Shown here piece by piece: positions 48,335 to 56,720 of a DNA stretch of 64,000 bases. A program made the translations under genes and the position numbers. The stretch's first letter is position 1; each line of letters opens with the position of its first letter. The notes beneath the pieces are model-generated. The model was not told the origin of the DNA, did no database searches, and worked only from the letters and a program-made list of their open reading frames with translations. This stretch comes from Thermoplasmata archaeon (GTDB lineage Archaea; Thermoplasmatota; SW-10-69-26; JACQPN01; JAJPHT01). The stretch lies in assembly GCA_034667685.1 (NCBI GenBank), contig JAXDQU010000025.1, positions 1 to 64,000 on the forward strand, written 5' to 3'.

Positions 48335-48991
48335 TCAGGAGACCACGCCCCCGAGGGTCCGCTGGGCCTTGGCGTCGTCGATGAGGCCATAGCTGTCGTT
48401 CTGCGCCCAGCTCGACGAGTCGGCCGAGTCCGCGCCGATCCGCTCCGCGAGCTTCAGCATCTCGACCGTGCCAGCGCGGGCGAGGTGAACCTTCAGGCCG
48501 AGCTCGCGCCCGGCCCGGGCGAACCGCTCCGCGTTCTTGACCTTCCAAGCCGGCGATCCACCGATGAAGACGCCCGCCACGAGGCTGGCGACCTCGGCGA
48601 GGTGCGCCTCGGTCATGTCGTCCTGCACGGCGAAGTACCACGGCCACCCGCCCGGGAGCGTGGGGCGCCCGAAGCCACGCAGCCAGTAGAAGCTCTCCCG
48701 GAAGCTCCGCTCGCCCTGGGCCGGGATATCCGGGACGACCCCGAAGTCCGGCCGATGCGTCACGGGGACCTTCTTGAGCGCCTTGGCGAACGCGCCCGCG
48801 TCGAAGTCCCAGACCCCCCGCCCCTCGCGCAGCGCGGCTTGCCACGTCGAGAACGCGCCGTTGTCCAGCGCCCACGGGATGCCCGGCTTCGGCGTCCTCC
48901 AGTCCGCGGCCGTGATGAGCACACCCATCCCCCGAGCTCGGACCTCCGCGAGCCCCGCCGGGTCGCCCTCGCTGCCAGAGTAGAGCCTCAA
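48335..48991 (-). CDS. TGT/DpdA-like TIM-barrel protein
   Basis: WALDNGAFS, VVPD, VFIGGS..WK, VHLARA, ADSADSS. Confidence 0.6.
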   Translation of the reverse strand: MRLYSGSEGDPAGLAEVRARGMGVLITAADWRTPKPGIPWALDNGAFSTWQAALREGRGVWDFDAGAFAKALKKVPVTHRPDFGVVPDIPAQGERSFRESFYWLRGFGRPTLPGGWPWYFAVQDDMTEAHLAEVASLVAGVFIGGSPAWKVKNAERFARAGRELGLKVHLARAGTVEMLKLAERIGADSADSSSWAQNDSYGLIDDAKAQRTLGGVVS

Positions 48992-49791
48992 GGGCCCACC
49001 TCCGAGCGCGACGGAAGGACCCCGACAAGGCGGGGCTTCTCGCCGCGAGCGTCAACGGTCATTTCGTCGGGCATGTCCCCAGCGTCGGGATTCGTCGCGC
49101 TGGGTGTGGGGAATCCGACCGGAATCCCCACACCCCCGTTTTCTGGTCTTGCGCCCTCGGCATTTTCGACCCCCGGTTTCCCCACACCCTTGCAGACCGG
49201 GCAGCGATCCTTGACGTGCTCGCGCGACCCGTCCGGGCGCGTCCTGAACTTGTGCTCCGCCCCGTACTCGACCGGCCGGCCCGCGGGGACCTCGGAGCGC
49301 GGGCCGTAGGTCCGCCCGTCCTCCCCGACCGTCATCACGTCGGCGGTGCGCTCCCGGATGAGATCCAACTCGAACTCCGCGAAGACGGCGCCCACGCCAC
49401 GGACCATCTTCGAGAAGGCGTCCTCGCGGATCACATTGGCCTGCGCCTGATCGATGAAGACCAACTCGGCGCCCCTGTTCACGAACACGTCGGCCACATC
49501 GAGATAGTGCTTCGCGCTCCTCATCGGCCGGTCCATCTTCGTGCAGTACACCCGGCGGATTTTCCCAGCCTTCACCGCGTTGAGCACGCGCTCCCACTCG
49601 GGACGGTTCGGGTCGCCGCCCTTCCCTATGTCGTGCGCCTCCAGCACCACGGCGTCTCCGGCCTGCTCAGCCACGGCGCGCGTGCGCTCGATCTGGACAC
49701 GCCACGAGCTTGGCGGCTCGTCGCCCTCGAACCTCGGCTTCCAGCCCTTCGGCGGCTTCGAGTTTCGCCCGTAGACTGCGACACCCGCCAC
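48988..49791 (-). CDS. serine recombinase (resolvase family)
   Basis: YGRNS, RPEW, KMDRPMRS, FAEFELDLIRER; C-terminal CPVC. Confidence 0.85.
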   Translation of the reverse strand: MAGVAVYGRNSKPPKGWKPRFEGDEPPSSWRVQIERTRAVAEQAGDAVVLEAHDIGKGGDPNRPEWERVLNAVKAGKIRRVYCTKMDRPMRSAKHYLDVADVFVNRGAELVFIDQAQANVIREDAFSKMVRGVGAVFAEFELDLIRERTADVMTVGEDGRTYGPRSEVPAGRPVEYGAEHKFRTRPDGSREHVKDRCPVCKGVGKPGVENAEGARPENGGVGIPVGFPTPSATNPDAGDMPDEMTVDARGEKPRLVGVLPSRSEVGP

Positions 49792-50583
49792 CTACGCCAC
49801 CTCCGGCGCGTTGGGGTCCATCGCGGGCGGCGTCCACACCTGGCGCGGCCCGGTCAGGCCCTTCACGATCTCGACGGCCTCGGCCAACGACAGGCTGGTG
49901 GGCACCACCTGCAGCTCGATCCGCATGAGGTCCGCGTGCTTCTGATAGAGGTGCGCCCAGGCGTTCTGGAACGCCTTCAGGCTCACGTCGGTGAGCCCGC
50001 TCACCTCGAACTGCTTGTAGTCCGCGTTCAACTCGACGCGCGCCACGCGCGTGTTGGGCGAGTCGAGCTCCACGCCGATCGCCGAGCAGTAGCCCGACAG
50101 CTTCGCGAAGAACGCATCCAAGTCCGTCGTGCGCAAGGGCGCGCTCGACGCGCTCACGCTGATGACCACCGTCGCCGTGGCCGGGTGGATATCGAAGTGG
50201 ACCTTGCGGTCGTGGATGAACTCCCGCTTCAGCAACGACTTCGCCCCCTCCGTCCGCTCGTACCCCATCGCCCCGAACGTCGTCTGGATCGCACCCGGGA
50301 GGGCTCTCCCCCCATTGGGAGGCAGTTTCGCGACGATCTGGAGCCCGTGCATCATCATCTCGGGCGCCTCGACCTTCGGCAACAGGTCCACGCTCGTCCA
50401 CGCGCGGTACAGGCCATGCGTGCCCGTCTCGACCTGCTGGCGCGCGCGCATCCGGTGCAGCTCCTTGCGCACGCCACCCCACGAGAGGCCCGTCGCCTTC
50501 GCGATGGCCTTCGGCGTGTCCGTCCTGGGGTAGATGCCGCGCAGGAAGAGCGCGATCTTCCGGGCCGCGCCCTTCTCTGGCAC
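49792..50583 (-). CDS. wHTH-fused putative rolling-circle replication initiator (Rep_trans-like)
   Basis: N-terminal wHTH (TPKAIAKATG..VRKELHRM..GLY); RVELNAD...LYQK...RIE; start uncertain. Confidence 0.55.
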   Translation of the reverse strand: MPEKGAARKIALFLRGIYPRTDTPKAIAKATGLSWGGVRKELHRMRARQQVETGTHGLYRAWTSVDLLPKVEAPEMMMHGLQIVAKLPPNGGRALPGAIQTTFGAMGYERTEGAKSLLKREFIHDRKVHFDIHPATATVVISVSASSAPLRTTDLDAFFAKLSGYCSAIGVELDSPNTRVARVELNADYKQFEVSGLTDVSLKAFQNAWAHLYQKHADLMRIELQVVPTSLSLAEAVEIVKGLTGPRQVWTPPAMDPNAPEVA

Positions 50584-51197
50584 GATGGGGTAGCGCCGGT
50601 CGTCGTAAGCTTCGAGCCTGCGCGACCTCCCACCCGGCAAACGCGGCGACTTTCCCGCCTCTTTGCGCGGCAGTCTACCCGAAAAAAATGGACGGGTCAA
50701 GGCAGCACGCCCCCCGCCTTCGGATCGGAAATCCGACACGCCGCCGCTTCGCTCGACGCCGCGCGCCGGGACCGCGACGCATCGCCCCTTCCATCGTGCC
50801 GGGCGTGGCACGTCGATCCATCCTCATGGACCGCGAGGTCGCACACGAGCGACCTGAGACGCTTCCCGTGGCGAGCGCATGTCACGCGCGCGCCCAACGC
50901 CAGATGCAGCGTCACGGCCGGACCCCCCACTGAGCCCGACGCGCTGCCCGCGCCTCGAAGAGCGCGCGCCTGCGCACCGCGTAGGCCCCCGGCGGGTGCC
51001 GCTGGCCCGTCGTCATCTCGCGCAGCCGCTCCACGTCGCCGGCGCTCACGTGCGCGCCCCCTCAACGAGCACGATGTCCCAGCGCGCGGGAGCGCGCACG
51101 ACCAGCGCGCCTTCGGTGGTCACGACGACGGCCGGCTGCTTACCGGGATTCTCTCGTGGCGTCGTTTCGCGGCCCTGCTCGGCCCATCGTCTCGGAA

Positions 51198-51278
51198 GGG
51201 AAGAAGGGAAACGCGGGGGAAGAAGGGAACAAGGGTCCCGCCCGTCTTCCCTTCTTCCCCCGCGTTTCCCTTCTTCCC
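51198..51278. repeat. perfect 32-bp inverted repeat right after attR
   Basis: GGGAAGAAGGGAAACGCGGGGGAAGAAGGGAA (51198-51229) and its exact complement (51247-51278). Confidence 0.85.
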
Positions 51279-51296
51279 GTCTTCCCTTGCGCGGCC

Positions 51297-53141
51297 TCAG
51301 GCGCACCCGTCGTCGGGATCGTTGAGCGGGCCGAGGCTGCGGCCGCCGACGCTTCCGCCGGTGGGGCTCTTGTTCGCCGAGACGAGGGTGGTGTCGTAGC
51401 AGTCGACGTCGCGCAGGTCGTACGCGTCGCCGACCTTGGCGACGGCGGCGTTCTGGGTGCCCGTGTTGGGGTCGAGGTTCCACGTGGCGGGGTCGCAGCT
51501 CCAGCCGTAGTCGCTCGGGGCGCCGGTGCCGATGCCGTTGGGGCAGAACTCGGTGCCGTAGGAGCCGACGTTGCCCGGCGTCGAGACGCCGCTGGCGGTG
51601 ACGATGGCGTAGGCGGCGATCCACGTGCCGGGGAAGGCGTCGGGCGTCACGGTGGGCGTGGCGCTGCTGCGGTCGATGCGCGCGGGGCCGGGGTTGGGCG
51701 CGGTGTTGGCGTACGTCGTGCCGGCGAACCACTGGTTGTCCTGGAACTCGGCCGAGAGGGGGCGCAGGCCCTTGTCGTTGGGCTCGCCGCAGCGCAGCGC
51801 GGGGACCACGGCGGGGTCGCCGGGGATCGGGTCGTCCTGGTTCACGGTGGCGACGCCGTTGCGGTGCGTGGCGAGCTGCCAGGCCGTCTCGGGGGCGCAG
51901 TCGCCGCGCTGCATGATGCCGTCGAACGTGAACTCGAAGTTGGGCGACCTCTTGCCGGTGGAGGCGACGTTCGAGGGGGCGCCGCCGTTGGCGGGCTCGA
52001 GGGGGTACTGGTAGACGTCGTGGCCCGCGTCGTTGGTGCCGTTGCAGTCGCCGGTGGTCTCCTCGGTCGTCTCGTTCACGGTCGCGGGCGCGGTGCCCTG
52101 CGGGTTGACGCTGGGCGTGCCGGGCGCGAAGACGATCACGTTGCCCCCGTCCGCGGGGCCGCCTTCGAGGGGCGTGCCGGTGGCGGGGTCGGTGTCGACC
52201 AGGGGCTTGGCGCCGCAGTCGAACTCGCCCGAGACGAAGCTGTTCGATCCGTTGGGGCAGGGCTGCGGGGGCGGGTTGGACGGGTCGCCCTTGCAGCTCT
52301 GGTCGGTGCCGGGCTCGTTGATATCGAGAAGGCCGCCGTCGGCCCAGAGCGTGGCCGGATCGGGGACCGCGCCCAGCGCAGGGACCTCGCCCACGGCGAG
52401 CTGGTAGACGTCGCTGGGGGTGGGGCCCACGAGGATGGACTCGTCGCAGACGGCCTGCTGGATCATGCCGCCGGTGTGGTGCGCCTGGCCGGGGCCGAAG
52501 ACGGGCAGGACGGTGCTCTGCGCGCAGTGGTCGTTGGGGGCGACGACGGCGTTGGGGGTGCGCGGCTGGCCGAAGTCGGCCCACAGGCGGACGCCCGCGT
52601 CGGGGACGAGGCGCCAGTCGGTGACGTTGTTCATGCGCTGGAGGTTGGCCGCGCTGCCCGGGACGATGGCGAGCAGCTCGGTGATCCAGCCGCCGTTGTT
52701 GTGGATCTTGCCGGTGTTGGCGGCGCTGTCGGGGAGGACGGGACAGATCGCGGGGTCGATGGGGAGGCCGGCGGCGGCCGAGGCGCTCGCCTGGTACTCC
52801 AGCATCGCGCCATCCGCCATGCCGATGAAGCCGTCGTGGTTGCAGTCGGCCCAGACGCCCAGGAGGGCGCGCCAGGTGCCGGGGCCCACGGTCTCGGTGT
52901 GGCCGCCCAGCGTGGCCGAGTTGGGGGCGACGATGCCGCCGTTGCCCTCGGCGATGTACGCGTTGAAGTAGACGTGGTCGGCCGAGGCTCCCGGGGCGGA
53001 GAGCCAGGCGTAGCCGCCGTCGCGGTCGTAGTGCGTGTCGGGCTCGCTCGATCCGTACGAGGCCCAGCCGGCGGACAGGCCCGCGGGCAGGCTCATCATG
53101 GCCGCGAGGGCGATGGCGCTGAACATGAGGGGGGTTCGCAT
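51297..53141 (-). CDS. large secreted Cys/Asp-rich protein family B, copy 1
   Basis: signal peptide; GVWADCNHDGFIG, HNNGGWITEL, VGDAYDLRDVDC. Confidence 0.85.
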   Translation of the reverse strand: MRTPLMFSAIALAAMMSLPAGLSAGWASYGSSEPDTHYDRDGGYAWLSAPGASADHVYFNAYIAEGNGGIVAPNSATLGGHTETVGPGTWRALLGVWADCNHDGFIGMADGAMLEYQASASAAAGLPIDPAICPVLPDSAANTGKIHNNGGWITELLAIVPGSAANLQRMNNVTDWRLVPDAGVRLWADFGQPRTPNAVVAPNDHCAQSTVLPVFGPGQAHHTGGMIQQAVCDESILVGPTPSDVYQLAVGEVPALGAVPDPATLWADGGLLDINEPGTDQSCKGDPSNPPPQPCPNGSNSFVSGEFDCGAKPLVDTDPATGTPLEGGPADGGNVIVFAPGTPSVNPQGTAPATVNETTEETTGDCNGTNDAGHDVYQYPLEPANGGAPSNVASTGKRSPNFEFTFDGIMQRGDCAPETAWQLATHRNGVATVNQDDPIPGDPAVVPALRCGEPNDKGLRPLSAEFQDNQWFAGTTYANTAPNPGPARIDRSSATPTVTPDAFPGTWIAAYAIVTASGVSTPGNVGSYGTEFCPNGIGTGAPSDYGWSCDPATWNLDPNTGTQNAAVAKVGDAYDLRDVDCYDTTLVSANKSPTGGSVGGRSLGPLNDPDDGCA

Positions 53142-53235
53142 GCCTCCAGACTCCGCGCGGGAGATCGCTCGCGGAATGATAACCCTTGCCACAAGTTCGC
53201 ACGCGGGAGAGAAGGGTGGACCTGGACGATCGCCG

Positions 53236-53276
53236 AAACAAGACAAAAGAGGGGCGGGGGCCGCGCCCCCGCCTCC
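53236..53276 (-). terminator. hairpin plus T tract after family B copy 2
   Basis: GGCGGGGGC GCG GCCCCCGCC then TCTTTTGTCTTGTTT on the minus strand. Confidence 0.65.
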
Positions 53277-53286
53277 GGATCCCGGC

Positions 53287-55155
53287 CTAGTGGCAGCCGT
53301 GCGCGGGGTCGTTGATCGCGCCCACGCTGCGGCCGCCCACGTCCTGGCCCGTCGGGTTGAGCGAGGAGCCCGCGCCGATGAGCGTCGTGTCGAGGCACAC
53401 GACGTCGCGCAGATTGTACGCGTCGCCCACGGTGGCGAGGTGCGAGACGGTCGGGACCTTCTGGCTCGTCGTCGGGTCGAGGTTCCAGTCCGCCGGGTCG
53501 CAGTCCCAGCCGAAGTGCGAGGTGGCGCCGGGGCCGATGCCCTCGACGCAGAACTCGCTGCCGTACGTGCCCGCGTTGCCCGGCGTGGCGACGCCCGAGA
53601 GCGTCACGGTCGCGTAGAACGTCCACCAGTCGGCGGTGAACGTGTCGGGCTTGTAAGAGGGGGGCGACGTGCTGCGGTCCAGGTTGTTCGGGTTGCGCGC
53701 GCCCGTGGTGGGCGCCGTGTTGAGGTACTGGACCTGCGAGTTCCACATGTCGTTGCCCGTCACGGCCGTCTGCTGGATGAGCGCGCTCGTGGGCTGGCCG
53801 CACTGGGCCGCCGGGACCGCGGAGGGGTCGCTGGCGCCCAGCGGGTCGTCCGGGAAGGGACCGCCGTCGACCGGGTTCGGGCCGGGGAACTGGCGGTGGA
53901 GCGACTGCCACGCGGTCTGCGTCTCGCACGCGCCGCGCGCCTGCGGGCCGTTCCACGCGAAGTTCAGGTACGCCGCGACCTTGTTGGCGATCTGCTGGTT
54001 GTCGGCGGTGTTCGTCTCGGTGACGCCGTTGCCGTACACGAGGCCCGAGGCCGCGAAGACCGCGCCGCTCGTGCCCGCGACGCCCCAGTCGGCGTCCGTG
54101 CCGCTGCAGTTGTCGAGCGTCTCCTGGTACGTCTCGTTCACGGTGCCCGCCGCGCTGCCCTGCGGGTTGACGCTCGGGGCGCCGGGCGAGTGGACCGTGA
54201 CGTCCTGGCCGCCCGTGCCGCCGATGGGATTCGGCGCGCCGGTGTCCGTCGCCTCGCTGGAGCAGTCCTCCTCGCCGGAGACGATCGCGCCGCCGCCGGT
54301 CTGATGCTCGTCGCCGAAGGTCGGCTTGTCGAGCGCGCCGCCGTTGGCCCAGAGCGTGCTCGGGTCGGGGAGCGCGCCCAGCGCGGGCGCCTCGCCCACG
54401 GCGACCTGGTAGAGCGTCGAGGCGGTCGGCGCGAAGATCGACTCGTCGCAGTTGACCTGCGTGAGCACGCCGCCCGTGTGGCTCGTCTCGCCCTTGCTGA
54501 AGGGGGGCACGACGTTGGCCTGGCCGCACGCGTCGGTCGAGACCTCGGCCGCCGGCGTGACGGGCTCGGAGCGCTCGCCCCAGACGCGCACGCCATCGTC
54601 GAAGAGAAGGCGGTAGTTCGTGGCGTTGACCGCGTCCTGCGCGTTGTCGCGGCCGATCAGGCTCTTCGCGGGGCCGATCGCGATCAGCTCGGTGATCCAG
54701 CCATTGTTGTTGTGCGTCACGCCCGTCGCGCCGTCGGGCTGCGGGGGGCAGACGCCCGGGTCGACCGCGGAGCCCGCGGCCGCGGCGGCCGAGGCCGGGT
54801 ACTCCAGGACGCCGCTGTCGGCGAGGCCGATGAAGCCGTCGTGGTTGCAGTCGGCCCAGACGCCGAGGATGGCGTTCCAGGACGCGTCGCCCACGGTGGA
54901 CATCCGGCTCTCCAGCGCGGCCGAGTTGGGCGTGATCGCGCCCGAGTTGACGCCCATCAGCTCGACGGCGTGGAAGTAGACGCGGTCGGTCGCGCTGCCG
55001 GGGGCGCTGCCCCACATGTAGCCGCCGTTCTGGTTGTAGGTGCCCTGCGGCTCGGTGGCGCCGTAGAAGGCCCACGTGGCCGAGCCCACGGGCGCGACCA
55101 TGGCCGCCGCGAGGGCGACCGCGCTCAAGGTGACGAAACGCTGCATGCTCTCCAT
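53287..55155 (-). CDS. large secreted Cys/Asp-rich protein family B, copy 2
   Basis: colinear paralogue of 51297-53141. Confidence 0.85.
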   Translation of the reverse strand: MESMQRFVTLSAVALAAAMVAPVGSATWAFYGATEPQGTYNQNGGYMWGSAPGSATDRVYFHAVELMGVNSGAITPNSAALESRMSTVGDASWNAILGVWADCNHDGFIGLADSGVLEYPASAAAAAGSAVDPGVCPPQPDGATGVTHNNNGWITELIAIGPAKSLIGRDNAQDAVNATNYRLLFDDGVRVWGERSEPVTPAAEVSTDACGQANVVPPFSKGETSHTGGVLTQVNCDESIFAPTASTLYQVAVGEAPALGALPDPSTLWANGGALDKPTFGDEHQTGGGAIVSGEEDCSSEATDTGAPNPIGGTGGQDVTVHSPGAPSVNPQGSAAGTVNETYQETLDNCSGTDADWGVAGTSGAVFAASGLVYGNGVTETNTADNQQIANKVAAYLNFAWNGPQARGACETQTAWQSLHRQFPGPNPVDGGPFPDDPLGASDPSAVPAAQCGQPTSALIQQTAVTGNDMWNSQVQYLNTAPTTGARNPNNLDRSTSPPSYKPDTFTADWWTFYATVTLSGVATPGNAGTYGSEFCVEGIGPGATSHFGWDCDPADWNLDPTTSQKVPTVSHLATVGDAYNLRDVVCLDTTLIGAGSSLNPTGQDVGGRSVGAINDPAHGCH

Positions 55156-55559
55156 GACTCCCGGCCGCGTCGCCAAGAGAGCCTCCTCCCGCCGCGGCCG
55201 CGAAAAGGCACGTCGCACGCTGGGGATCATGCTTCTGGGCAGAGCATATGCGCATAGCCGATCGCTGGGTGGACCCGGCAAGCGCTTTGGGCCCGGTGGG
55301 CCTCACGTCTAGAGAAGAGCATGCGGACGCCCGAGAAGATCCGCTTCGAACCGACCCGGCAGGGGAGGTGAAGCCGGATCCGACCCCCAGAAAAGATCCG
55401 GCTGGACGTGGACCGCAAGGAAGCCCACGCCCTGCTCGACGCGCTCTCCACCGCGCTCGCCGGCGCGCGGGCCGAGCCCTGGGCGCGCGACGCGGCCGCG
55501 CTCCGCGAATACCTGCGGCGGAGGATGCTGGAGCGCAGGTTCCTCTAGCGCGCATCCTG

Positions 55560-55664
55560 GCCGCCTCCGGCGGGGAAAATCCCGAATCACGAAGACCCGA
55601 ATCACGACGAGAAAAGCCGTGAGTCGGGTCCTCGTGATTCGGGATTTTCCCCGCCGGAGGCGGC
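55560..55664. repeat. REP/MITE-like palindrome, family R1, full copy
   Basis: 47-bp arms with 2 mismatches and an 11-nt loop; between convergent ORFs. Confidence 0.85.
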
Positions 55665-55678
55665 GATGCCCCGACAGA

Positions 55679-56629
55679 CTAGTTCGCCGTCAGCACGATC
55701 GCCCCGTTCGTCGTCTCCAGCTTCAGCGTGGTCTGCACGGCGGCGCCGTCGAACCCGTCGGAGCGGAAGCGCTTGTGGGTGCGCTCGTCCTGCGACATGC
55801 TGCCGCCCGTGGCGTGGAACGTGACCGCGCCGTTGGTGCTCTTGCCCTCGGCGTCGAGCGCGCCGTCGCGCGGCAGGTGCAGCGTGGCGACGATCGCGCC
55901 GTTGGTGCTCTTCGCGCTCATCGCGCCCGTGGCCGTGGGCGTGGCGTCGAGCTGCACGCCGCCGTTGGTCGTGTCGAGCGTGACGTCGGCTGCGGAGCCG
56001 GTGAAGCCTAGGCCGCCGTTGGTGTTGGAGAGGTCGACCTTGCCCGCGCGGAAGCCCGCGACGAGGATGCCGCCGTTGTCGCCCCGGACGCCCACGGTGT
56101 CGAGCGTGACCCACGCGGGGAGCGTCAGCTCGTAGCGCGTGCTGGAGACCTGCGCGCCCCCGGGCAGGCTGACGGGGAGCGACGCGCCGGCGGCCGAGGT
56201 CGTGGGCCCCGCGCGCACGGCGTGCTTGCCATCCTGCTCGTGGCTCCACGTCCAGGCGGTGTCGAGCCCCTGGTTCGCCATGTCCTGCGTGGGCGCCGCG
56301 ACGCGCACGAGCGCCTTGAAGCTCCACGCGTCGCCCTCACCCGCGCGCACGACGGTGCCGCCATTCACCGAGACGAGGTCCACGTCGAGGTGGTCGACGC
56401 CCACGCGCCCCGTGACGGTGAGGTTGCGCTCCGCGCAGAACTGCGGCGGGACGCTCGTGCCGCTCCCGCAGTCGACGACCCGGTCCACCTTCTGGACGTC
56501 GGCCGTCATGCCCTCCACGCGATCCGCCGTGGGCGGCGGGGGCGTGCCGGAAGGTTGCTGCTGCGGATCGGGTGTGATGCAGCCCGCGACGAGGGCGAGG
56601 AAGAGGGCGAGGGCAAGGAACGCGCGCAT
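55679..56629 (-). CDS. lipoprotein with DUF4097-like beta-strand repeats
   Basis: LVAGC lipobox; repeated (S/T)NG(G/A) motifs. Confidence 0.75.
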   Translation of the reverse strand: MRAFLALALFLALVAGCITPDPQQQPSGTPPPPTADRVEGMTADVQKVDRVVDCGSGTSVPPQFCAERNLTVTGRVGVDHLDVDLVSVNGGTVVRAGEGDAWSFKALVRVAAPTQDMANQGLDTAWTWSHEQDGKHAVRAGPTTSAAGASLPVSLPGGAQVSSTRYELTLPAWVTLDTVGVRGDNGGILVAGFRAGKVDLSNTNGGLGFTGSAADVTLDTTNGGVQLDATPTATGAMSAKSTNGAIVATLHLPRDGALDAEGKSTNGAVTFHATGGSMSQDERTHKRFRSDGFDGAAVQTTLKLETTNGAIVLTAN

Positions 56630-56720
56630 GAGGGGCTCAACCGGGTCGGCCGCGTCGTCATTTGTGGCGCGGCCCTTGGAAGGACCGGAAGGTTCCTCTT
56701 GAACCCTGGCAGCCAAGTGG

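Larger units (their letters stand above)
35464..51186. mobile_element. integrated provirus-like element (~15.7 kb) in tRNA-Val
   Basis: 13-bp direct repeat CCTGCTCGGCCCA at 35464-35476 and 51174-51186; integrase next to attL; many small tightly coupled ORFs. Confidence 0.88.
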
